From the NCBI RefSeq assembly GCF_009914755.1, contig NC_060937.1: 64,000 nucleotides of DNA. One strand, written 5' to 3'. The stretch comes from the human T2T-CHM13v2.0 reference genome, Homo sapiens. Shown here piece by piece: positions 47,201-61,600 of the stretch. Positions within the stretch are counted from its first letter, which is position 1. Each line of letters starts with the position of its first letter. The position numbers and the translations under genes are program-made. The notes beneath the pieces were generated by a model. The model had not been told where the DNA came from. It did no database searches and worked only from the letters and a program-made list of their open reading frames with translations.

Positions 47201-50200
47201 CATGAAATATTAAATTTCACAAACTATATATTATATACTGTACATAAAATATCAAAGTACCCAAGGTATATATTCTATACTGTACAAAAAATATCAAAGT
47301 ACCCAAAGCATGTATTATATACTGTACATAAAATATGAAAGTACATCAAATATATATTTTATTCTGTACATAAAATATCAAAGTACACCAGATATATATT
47401 CTATAGTGTACATAAAATAACAAAGTACACAAACTATAAATTATATACTGTACATAAAATATGAAATTACATCAAATATATATTAGCTACATAAAATATG
47501 AAAGTACATCAGATATAGATTATATACTGTACATAAAATATCAATGACCCCAAATATATATTTTATACTCTACATGAAATATCAAAGTTCACAAACCATA
47601 TATTATATACTGTACATAAAATTTCAAAGTACCCAAGGTATATATTCTATACTGTACAAAAAATATCAAAGTGCCCAAAGCATGTATTATATACTGTACA
47701 TAAAATATGAAAGTACATCAAATATATATTTTATTCTGTACATAAAATATCAAAGTACACCAGATATATATTCTATAGTGTACATAAAATATCAAAGTAC
47801 CCAATGTATTTATTATATACTGTACATAAAATATGAAATTACATCAAATATATATTATATTAGGTACATAAAATATGAAAGTACATCAAATATAGATTAT
47901 ATACTGTACATGAAATACCAAAGTACCCCAAATATATATTTTATACGGTACATGAAATATCAAATTTCACAAACTATATATTATATACTGTATATAAAAT
48001 ATCAAAGTATCCAAGGTATATATTCTATACTGTACAAAAAATATCAAAGTACCCAAAGCATGTATTATATACTGTACATAAAATATGAAAGTACATCAAA
48101 TATATATTTTATTCTGTACATAAAATATCAAACTACACCAGATATATATTCTATAGTGTACATAAAATATCAAAGTACCCAAACTATACATTATATACTG
48201 TACATAAAATATGAAATTACATCAAATTTATATTAGGTACATAAAATAAGAAAGTACATCAAATATAGATTATATACTGTACATAAAATATCAAAGTACC
48301 CCAAATATATATTATATACTCTATATGAAATATCAAAGTTCACAAACTATATATTATATACTGTACATAAAATATCCAAGTACCCAAGGTATATATTCTA
48401 TACTGTAGAAAAAATATCAACGTACCCAAAGCATGTATTATATACTCTATATAAAATATGAAAGTACATCACATATATATTATATTCTGTACATAAAATA
48501 TCAAAGTACACCAGATATATATTCTATAGTGTACATAAAATAACAAAGTACAAAAACTATAAATTATATGCTGTACATAAAATATGAAATTACATCAAAT
48601 ATATATTAGGTACATAAAATATGAAAGTACATTAAATATAGATTATATACTGTACATAAAATATCAATGTACCCCAAATATATTTTATATACTCTACATG
48701 AAATATCAAAGTTCACAAACCATATATTATATACTGTACATAAAATATCAAAGTACCCAAGGTATATATTCTATACTGTACAAAAAATATCAAAGTACCC
48801 AAAGCATGTATTATATACTGTACATAAAATATGAAAGTACATCAAATATATATTTTATTCTGTACATAAAATATCAAAGTACACCAGATATATATTCTAT
48901 AGTGTACATAAAATATCAAAGTACCCAAACTATACATTATATACTGTACATAAAATATGAAATTACATCAAATATATATTATATTAGGTACATAAAATAT
49001 GAAAGCACATCAAATATAGATTATATACTGTACATTAAGTACCAAAGTACCCCAAATATATATTTTATACTGTACATCAAATATCAAAGTTCACACACTA
49101 TATATTATATACTGTACATAAAATATCAAAGTACCCAAGGTATATATTCTATACTTTACAAAAAATATCAAAGTACCCAAAGCATGTATTATATACTGTA
49201 CATAAAATATGAAATTACATCGAATATATATTTTATTCTGTACATAAAATATCAAAGTACACCAGATATATATTCTATAGTGTACATAAAATAACAAAGT
49301 TCAAAAACTATAAATTATATGCTGTACATAAATATGAAATTACATCAAATATATATTAGGTACATAAAATATGAAAGTACATCAAATATAGATTATATAC
49401 TGTACATAAAATATCAATGTACCCCAAATATATATTTTATACTCTACATGAAATATGTTCACAAACCATATATTATATACTGTACATAAAATATCAAAGT
49501 ACCCAAGGTATATATTCTATACTGTACAAAAAATATCATAGTACCCAAAGCATGTATTATATACTGTACATAAAATATGAAACTACATCAAATATATATT
49601 TTATTCTGTACATAAAATATCAAAGTACACCAGATATATATTCTATAGTGTACATAAAATATCAAAGTACCCAAACTATACATTATACACTGTACATAAT
49701 ATATGAAATTACATCAAATATATATTATATTAGGTACATAAAATATGAAAGTACATCAAATATAGATTATATACTGTACATAAAATACCAAAGTACCCCA
49801 AATATATATTTTATACTGTACATGAAATATCAAAGTTCACACACTATATATTATATACTGTACATAAAATATCAAAGTACCCAAGGTATATATTCTATAT
49901 TGTACAAAAAATATCAAAGTACGCAAAGCATGTATTATATACTGTACATAAAATATGAAAGTACATCAAATATATATTTTATACTGTACATAAAATATCA
50001 AAGTACACCAGATATATAATATATAGTGTACATAAAATATCAAAGTACCCAAACTATACATTATATACTGTACATAAAATATGAAATTACATCAAATATA
50101 TATTATATTAGGTACATAAAATATGAAAGTACATCAAATATAGATTATATACTGTACATAAAATATCAAAGTACCCCAAATATATATTATATACTCTACA

Positions 50201-53200
50201 TGAAATATCAAAGTTCACAAACTATATATTATATACTGTACATAAAATATCAAAGTAACCAAGGTATATATTCTATACTGTACAAAAAATATCAAAGTAT
50301 CCAAAGCATGTATTATATACTGTATATAAAATATGAAAGTACATTAAATATATATTTTATTCTGTACATAAAATATCAAAGTACACCAGATATATATGCT
50401 ATAGTGTACATAAAATAACAAAGTACACAAACTATAAATTATATACTGTACATAAAATATGAAATTACATCAAGTATATATTAGGTACATAAAATATGAA
50501 AGTACATCAAATATAGATTATATACTGTACATAAAATATCAATGTATCCCAAATATATATTTTATACTCTACATGAAATATCAAAGTTCACAAACCATAT
50601 ATTATATACTGTACATAAAATATCAAAGTACCCAAGGTATATATTCTATACTGTACAAAAAATATCAAAGTACCCAAAGCATGTATTATATACTGTACAT
50701 AAAATATGAAAGTACATCAAATATATATTTTATTCTGTACATAAAATATCAAAGTACACCAGATATATATTCTATAGTGTACATAAAATACCAAAGTACC
50801 CAAACTATACATTATATACTGTACATAAAATATGAAATTACATCAAATATATATTATATTAGGTACATAAAATATGAAAGCACATCAAATATAGATTATA
50901 TACTGTACATTAAATACCAAAGTACCCCAAATATATATTTTATTCTGTACATCAAATATCAAAGTTCACAAACTATATATTATATACTGTACATAAAATA
51001 TCAAAGTACCCATGGTATATATTCTACACTGTACAAAAAATATCAAAGTACCCAAAGCATGTATTATATACTGTATATAAAATATGAAAGTACATCACAT
51101 ATATATTATATTCTGTACATAAAATATCAAAGTACACCAGATATATATTCTATAGTGTACATAAAATAACAAAGTTCAAAAACTATAAATTATATGCTGT
51201 ACATAAATATGAAATTACATCAAATATATATTAGGTACATAAAATATGAAAGTACATCAAATATAGATTATATACTGTACATAAAATATCAATGTACCCC
51301 AAATATATATTTTATACTCTACATGAAATATGAAAGTTCACAAACCATATATTATATACTGTACATAAAATATCAAAGTACCCAAGGTTTGTATTCTAAA
51401 CTGTCCAAAAAATATCAAAGTATCCAAAGCATGTATTATATACTGCATATAAAATATGAAAGTACATTAAATATATATTTTATTCTGTACATAAAATATC
51501 AAAGTACACCAGATATATATTCTATAGTGTACATAAAATATCAAAGTACCCAAACTATACATTATATACTGTACATAAAATATGAAATTACATCAAATAT
51601 ATATTATATTAGGTACATAAAATATGAAAGTACATCAAATATAGATTATATACTGTACATAAAACATCAAAGTACCCCAAATATATATTATATACTCTAC
51701 ATGAAATATCAAAGTTCACAAACTATATATTATATACTGTACATAAAATATCAAAGTACCCAAGGTATATATTCTATACTGTACAAAAAATATCAAAGTA
51801 CCCAAAGCATGTATTATATACTGTACATAAAATATGAAAGTACATCAAATATATATTTTATTCTGTACATAAAATATCAAAGTACACCAGATATATATTC
51901 TATAGTGTACATAAAATAACAAAGTACACAAACTATAAATTATATACTGTACATAAAATATGAAATTACATCAAACATATTTTAGGTACATAAAATATGA
52001 AAGTACATCAAATATAGATTATATACTGTACATATAATATCAATGTACCCCAAATATATATTTTATACTCTACATGAAATATCAAAGTTCACAAACCATA
52101 CATTATATACTGTACATAAAATATCAAAGTACCCAAGGTATATATTCTATACTGTACAAAAAATATCAAAGTACCCAAACCATGTATTATATACTGTACA
52201 TAAAATATGAAAGTACATCAAATATATATTTTATTCTGTACATAAAATATCAAAGTACACCAGATATATATTCTATAGTGTACATAAAATATCAAAGTAC
52301 CCAAACTATACATTATATACTGTACATAAAATATGAAATTACATCAAATATATATTATATTAGGTACATAAAATATGAAAGTACATCAAATATAGATTAT
52401 ATACTGTTCATAAAATATCAAAGTACCCCAAATATATATTATATACTCTACATGAAATATCAAAGTTCACAAACTATATATTATATACTGTACATAAAAT
52501 ATCATAGTACCCAAGGTATATATTCTATACTGTAGAAAAAATATCAAAGTATCCAAAGCATGTATTATATACTGTATATAAAATATGAAAGTACATTAAA
52601 TATATATTTTATTCTGTACATAAAATATCAAAGTACACCAGATATATATTCTATAGTGTACATAAAATAACAAAGTACACAAACTATAAATTATATACTG
52701 TACATAAAATATGAAATTACATCAAATATATATTAGGTACATAAAATATGAAAGTACATCAAATATAGATTATATACTGTACATATAATATCAATGTACC
52801 CCAAATATATATTTAATACTCTACATGAAATATCAAAGTTCACAAACCATACATTATATACTGTACATAAAATATCAAAGTACCCAAGGTATATATTCTA
52901 TACTGTACAAAAAATATCAAAGTACCCAAAGCATGTATTATATACTGTAAATAAAATATGAAAGTACATCAAATATATATTTTATTCTGTACATAAAATA
53001 TCAAAGTACACCAGATATATATTCTATAGTGTACATAAAATATCAAAGTACCCAAACTATACATTATACACTGTACATAAAATATGAAATTACATCAAAT
53101 ATATATTAGGTACATTAAATATGAAAGTACATCAAATATAGATTATATACTGTACATAAAATATCAAAGTACCCCAAATATATATTATATACTCTACATG

Positions 53201-55649
53201 AAATATCAAAGTTCACAAACTATATATTATATACTGTAAATAAAATATCAAAGTTCCCAAGGTATATATTCTATACTGTACAAAAAATATCAAAGTACCC
53301 AAAGCATGTATTATATACTGTACATAAAATATGAAAGTACATCAAATATATATTTTATTCTGTACATAAAATATCAAAGTACACCGGATATATATTCTAT
53401 AGTGTACATAAAATAACAAAGTACACAAACTATAAATTATATACTGTACATAAAATATGAAATTACATCAAATATATATTAGGTACATAAAATATGAAAG
53501 TGCATCAAATATAGATTATATACTGTACATAAAATGTCAATGTACCCCAAATATATATTTTATACTCTACATGAAATATCAAAGTTCACAAACCATATAT
53601 TATATACTGTACATAAAATATCAAAGTACCCAAGGTATATATTCTATACTGTACAAAAAATATCAAAGTACACAAAGCATGTATTATATACTGTACATAA
53701 AATATGAAAGTACATCAAATATATATTTTATTCTGTACATAAAATATCAAAGTACACCAGATATATATTCTATAGTGTACATAAAATATCAAAGTACCCA
53801 AACTATACATTATACACTGTACATAAAATATGAAATTACATCAAATATATATTATATTAGGTACATAAAATATGAAAGCACATCAAATATAGATTATATA
53901 CTTAACATTAAGTACCAAAGTACCCCAAATATATATTTTATACTGTACATCAAATATCAAAGTTCACAAACTATATATTATATTCTGTACATAAAATATC
54001 AAAGTACCCATGGTATATATTCTATACTGTACAAAAAATATCAAAGTACCCAAAGCATGTATTATATACTGTACATAAAATATGAAAGTACATCAAATAT
54101 ATATTTTATTCTGTATATAAAATATCAAAGTACACCAGATATATATTCTATAGTGTACATAAAATATCAAAGTACCCAAACTATACATTATATACTGTAC
54201 ATAAAATATGAAATTACATCAAATATATATTAGGTACATAAAATATGAAAGTACATCAAATATAGATTATATACTGTACATAAAATACCAAAGTACCCCA
54301 AATATATATTTAATACTCTACATGAAATATCAAAGTTCACAAACCATACATTATATACTGTACATAAAATATCAAAGTACCCAAGGTATATATTCTATAC
54401 TGTACAAAAAATATCAAAGTACCCAAAGCATGTATTATATACTGTACATAAAATATGAAAGTACATCAAATATATATTTTATTCTGTACATAAAATATCA
54501 AAGTACTCCAGATATATATTCTATAGTGTACATAAAATATCAAAGTACCCAAACTATACATTATACACTGTACATAAAATATGAAATTACACCAAATATA
54601 TATTAGGTACATTAAATATGAAAGTACATCAAATATAGATTATATACTGTACATAAAATATCAAAGTACCCCAAATATATATTATATACTCTACATGAAA
54701 TATCAAAGTTCACAAACTATATATTATATACTGTAAATAAAATATCAAATTTCCCAAGGTATATATTCTATACTGTACAAAAAATATCAAAGTACCCAAG
54801 GTATATATTCTATACTGTACAAAAAATATCAAAGTACTCAAAGCATGTATTATATACTGTACATAAAATATGAAAGTACATCAAATATATATTTTATTCT
54901 GTACATAAAATATCAAAGTACACCATATATATATTCTATAGTGTACATAAAATATCAAAGTACCCAAACTATACATTATACACTGTACATAAAATATGAA
55001 ATTACATCAAATATATATTATATTAGGTACATAAAATATGAAAGCACATCAAATATAGATTATATACTGTACATTAAATACCAAAGTACCCCAAATATAT
55101 ATTTTATACTGTACATCAAATATCAAAGTTCACAAACTATATATTATATACTGTACATAAAATATCAAAGTACCCATGGTATATATTCTATACTGTACAA
55201 AAAATATCAAAGTACCCAAAGCATGTATTATATACTGTACATAAAATATGAAAGTACATCAAATATACATTTTATTCTGTATATAAAATATCAAAGTACA
55301 CCAGATATATATTCTATAGTGTACATAAAATATCAAAGTACCCAAACTATACATTATACACTGTACATAAAATATGAAATTACATCAAATATATATTATA
55401 TTAGGTACATAAAATATGAAAGCACATCAAATATAGATTATATACTGTACATTAAATACCAAAGTACCCCAAATATATATTATATACTGTACATAAAATA
55501 TCAAAGTACCCATGGTATATATTCTATACTGTACAAAAAATATCAAAGTACCCAAAGCATGTATTATATACTGTACATAAAATATGAAAGTACATCAAAT
55601 ATACATTTTATTCTGTACATAAAATATCAAAGTACACCAGATATATATT

Positions 55650-58600
55650 CTATAGTGTACATAAAATATCAAAGTACCCAAACTATACATTATATACTGT
55701 AAATAAAATATGAAATTACATCAAATATATTTTATATTAGGTACATAAAATATGAAAGTACATCAAATATAGATTATATACTGTACATTGAATACCAAAG
55801 TACTCCAAATATATATTTTATACTGTACATGAAATATCAAAGTTCACAAACTATATATTATATACTGTACATAAATTATCAAAGTACCCAAGTTATATAT
55901 TCTATACTGTACAAAAAATATCAAAGTACCCAAAGCATGTATTATATACTGTACATAAAATATGAAAGTACATCAAATATATATTTTATTCTGTACATAA
56001 TATATCAAAGTACACAAGATATATATTCTATAGTGTACATAAAATAACAAAGTACACAAACTATAAATTATATACTGTACATAAAATATGAAATTACATC
56101 AAATATATATTAGGTACATAAAATATGAAAGTACATCAAATATAGATTATATACTGTACAAATAATATCAATGTACCCCAAATATATATTTTATACTCTA
56201 CATGAAATATCAAAGTTCACAAACTATACATTATATACTGTACATAAAATATCAAAGTACCCAAGGTATATAATCTATACTGTACAAAAAATATCAAAGT
56301 ACCCAAAGCATATGTTATATACTGTACATAAAATATGAAAGTACATCAAATATATATTTTATTCTGTACATAAAATATCAAAGTACACCAGATATATATT
56401 CTATAGTGTACATAAAATATCAAAGTACCCAAACTATACATTATATACTGTACATAAAATTTGAAATTACATCAAATATATATTAGGTACATTAAATATG
56501 AAAGTACATCAAATATAGATTATATACTGTACATAAAATATCAAAGTACCCCAAATATATATTATATACTCTACATGAAATATCAAAGTTCACAAACTAT
56601 ATATTATATACTGTACATAAAATATCAAAGTACCCAAGGTATATATTCTATACTGTACAAAAAATATCAAAGTACCCAAAGCAGGTATTATATACTGTAC
56701 ATAAAATATGAAAGTACATCAAATATATATTTTATTCTGTACATAAAATATCAAAGTACACCAGATATATATTCTATAGTGTACATAAAATAACAAAGTA
56801 CAAAAACTATAAATTATATACTGTACATAAAATATGAAATTACATCAAATATATATTAGGTACATAAAATATGAAAGTACATCAAATATAGATTATATAC
56901 TGTACATAAAATTTCAATGTACTCCAAATATATATTTTATACTCTACATGAAATATCAAAGTTCACAAACCATATATTATATACTGTACTTAAAATATCA
57001 AAGTACCCAAGGTATATATTCTATACTATACAAAAAATATCAAAGTACCCAAAGCATGTATTATATACTGTACCTAAAATATGAAAGTACATCAAATATA
57101 TATTTTATTCTGTACATAAAATATCAAAGTACACCAGATATATATTCTATAGTGTACATAAAATATCAAAGTACCCAAACTATACATTATATACTGTACA
57201 TAAAATATGAAATTACATCAAATATATTTTATATTAGGTACATAAAATATGAAAGTACATCAAATATAGATTATATACTGTACATTAAATACCAAAGTAC
57301 CCCAAATATATATTTTATACTGTACATGAAATATCAAAGTTCACAAACTGTATATTATATACTGTACATATAATATCAAAGTACCCAAGGTATATATTCT
57401 ATACTGTACAAAAAATAACAAAGTACCAAAAGCATGTATAATATACTGTACATAAAATATGAAAGTACATCAAATATATATTTTATTCTGTACATAAAAT
57501 ATCAAAGTACACCAGATATATATTCTATAGTGTACATAAAATATCAAAGTACCCAAACTATACATTATATACTGTACATAAAATATGAAATTACATCAAA
57601 TATATATTATATTAGGTACATAAAATATGAAAGTACATCAAATATAGATTATATACTGTACATAAAATATCAAAGTACCCCAAATATATATTATATACTC
57701 TTCATGAAATATCAAAGTTCACAAACTATATATTATATACTGTACATAAAATATCAAAGTACCCAAGGTATATATTCTATACTGTATAAAAAATATCAAA
57801 GTATCCAAAGCATGTATTATATACTGTATATAAAATATGAAAGTACATTAAATATATATTTTATTCTCTACATAAAATATCAAAGTACACCAGATATATA
57901 TTCTATAGTGTACATAAAATAACAAAGTACACAAACTATAAATTATATACTGTACATAAAATATGAAATTACATCAAATATATATTAGGTACATAAAATA
58001 TGAAAGTACATCAAATATAGATTATATACTGGACATATAATATCAATGTACCCCAAATATATATTTTATACTCTACATGAAATTTCAAAGTTCACAAACC
58101 ATACTTTATATACTGTACATAAAATATCAAACTACCCAAGGTATATATTCTATACTGTACAAAAAATATCAAAGTACCCAAAGCATGTATTATATACTGT
58201 ACATAAAATATGAAAGTACATCAAACATATATTTTATTCTGTACATAAAATATCAAAGTACACCAGATATATATTCTATAGTGTACATAAAATAACAAAG
58301 TACACAAACTATAAATTATATACTGTACATAAAATATGAAATTACATCAAATATATATTAGGTACATAAAATATGAAAGTACATCAAATATAGATTATAT
58401 ACTGTACATTAAATACCAAAGTACCCCAAATATATATTTTATTCTGTACATCAAATATCAAAGTTCACAAACTATATATTATATACTGTACATAAAATAT
58501 CAAAGTACCCATGGTATATATTCTACACTGTACAAAAAATATCAAAGTACCCAAAGCATGTATTATATACTGTATATAAAATATGAAAGTACATCACATA

Positions 58601-61600
58601 TATATTTTATTCTGTACATAAAATATCAAAGTACACCAGATATATATTCTATAGTGTACATAAAATAACAAAGTTCAAAAACTATAAATTATATGCTGTA
58701 CATAAAATATGAAATTACATCAAATATATGTTAGGTACATAAAATATGAAAGTACATCAAATATAGATTATATACTGTACATAAAATATCAATGTACCCC
58801 AAATATATATTTTATACTCTACATGAAATATGAAAGTTCACAAACCATATATTATATACTGTACATAAAATATCAAAGTACCCAAGGTATATATTCTATA
58901 CTGTACAAAAAATATCAAAGTACCCAAAGCATGTATTATATACTGTACATAAAATATGAAAGTACATCAAATATACATTTTATTCTGTACATAAAATATC
59001 AAAGTACACAAGATATATATTCTATAGTGTACATAAAATAACAAAGTACACAAACTATAAATTATATACTGTACATAAAATATGAAATTACATCAAATAT
59101 ATATTAGGTACATAAAATATGAAAGTACATCAAATATAGATTATATACTGTACATAAAATATCAATGTACCCCAAATATATATTTTATACACTACATGAA
59201 ATATCAAAGTTCACAAACCATATATTATATACTGTACATAAAATATCAAAGTACCCAAGGTATATATTCTACACTGTACAAAAAATATCAAAGTACCCAA
59301 AGCATGTATTATATACTGTACATAAAATATGAAACTACATCAAATATATATTTTATTCTGTACATAAAATATCAAAGTACACCAGACATATATTCTATAG
59401 TGTACATAAAATATCAAAGTAGCAAACTATACATTATATACTGTACATAAAATATGAAATTACATCAAATATATATTATATTAGGTACATAAAATATGAA
59501 AGCACATCAAATATAGATTATATACTGTACATTAAATAACAAAGTACCCCAAATATATATTTTATACTGTACATCAAATATCAAAGTTCACAAACTATAT
59601 ATTATATACTGTACATAAAATATCAAAGTACCCATGGTATACATTCTATACTGTACAAAAAATATCAAAGTACCCAAAGCATGTATTATATACTGTACAT
59701 AAAATATGAAACTACATCAAATATATATTTTATTCTGTACATAAAATATCAAAGTACACCAGATATATATTCTATAGTGTACATAAAATATCAAAGTACC
59801 CAAACTATACATTATATACTGTACATAAAATATGAAATTACATCAAATGTATATTATATTAGGTACATAAAATATGAAAGTACATCAAATATAGATTATA
59901 TACTGTACATAAAATATCAAAGTACCCCAAATATATATTATGTACTCTACATGAAATATCAAAGTTCACAAACTATATATTATATACTGTACATAAAATA
60001 TCAAAGTACCCAAGGTATATATTCTATACTGTATAAAAAATATCAAAGTATCCAAAGCATGTATTATATACTGTATATAAAATATGAAAGTACATTAAAT
60101 ATATATTTTATTCTCTACATAAAATATCAAAGTACACCAGATATATATTCTATAGTGTACATAAAATAACAAAGTACACAAACTATAAATTATATACTGT
60201 ACATAAAATATGAAATTACATCAAATATATATTAGGTACATAAAATATGAAAGTACATCAAATATAGATTATATACTGGACATATAATATCAATGTACCC
60301 CAAATATATATTTTATACTCTGCATGAAATTTCAAAGTTCACAAACCATACTTTATATACTATACATAAAATATCAAAGTACCCAAGGTATATATTCTAT
60401 ACTGTACAAAAAATATCAAAGTACCCAAAGCATGTATTATATACTGTACATAAAATATGAAAGTACATCAAACATATATTTTATTCTGTACATAAAATAT
60501 CAAAGTACAGCAGATATATATTCTATAGTGTACATAAAATAACAAAGTACACAAACTATAAATTATATACTGTACATAAAATATGAAATTACATCAAATA
60601 TATATTAGGTACATAAAATATGAAAGTACATCAAATATAGATTATATACTGTACATTAAATACCAAAGTACCCCAAATATATATTTTATTCTGTACATCA
60701 AATATCAAAGTTCACAAACTATATATTATATACTGTACATAAAATATCAAAGTACCCATGGTATATATTCTACACTGTACAAAAAATATCAAAGTACCCA
60801 AAGCATGTATTATATACTGTATATAAAATATGAAAGTACATCACATATATATTTTATTCTGTACATAAAATATCAAAGTACACCAGATATATATTCTATA
60901 GTGTACATAAAATAACAAAGTTCAAAAACTATAAATTATATGCTGTACATAAAATATGAAATTACATCAAATATATGTTAGGTACATAAAATATGAAAGT
61001 ACATCAAATATAGATTATATACTGTACATAAAATATCAATGTACCCCAAATATATATTTTATACTCTACATGAAATATGAAAGTTCACAAACCATATATT
61101 ATATACTGTACATAAAATATCAAAGTACCCAAGGTATATATTCTATACTGTACAAAAAATATCAAAGTACCCAAAGCATGTATTATATACTGTACATAAA
61201 ATATGAAAGTACATCAAATATATATTTTATTCTGTACATAAAATATCAAAGTACACAAGATATATATTCTATAGTGTACATAAAATAACAAAGTACACAA
61301 AGTATAAATTATATACTGTACATAAAATATGAAATTACATCAAATATATATTAGGTACATAAAATATGAAAGTACATCAAATATAGATTATATACTGTAC
61401 ATAAAATATCAATGTACCCCAAATATATATTTTATACACTACATGAAATATCAAAGTTCACAAACCATATATTATATACTGTACATAAAATATCAAAGTA
61501 CCCAAGGTATATATTCTATACTGTACAAAAAATATCAAAGTACCCAAAGCATGTATTATATACTGTACGTAAAATATGAAACTACATCAAATATATATTT

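Noticed and set aside
2015-49460. Isolated small indels (5 bp at about 2020, 4 bp at about 49455, several 1-bp losses)
   Set aside because: These are private slippage-type mutations or possible sequencing errors, with no pattern beyond serving as markers.
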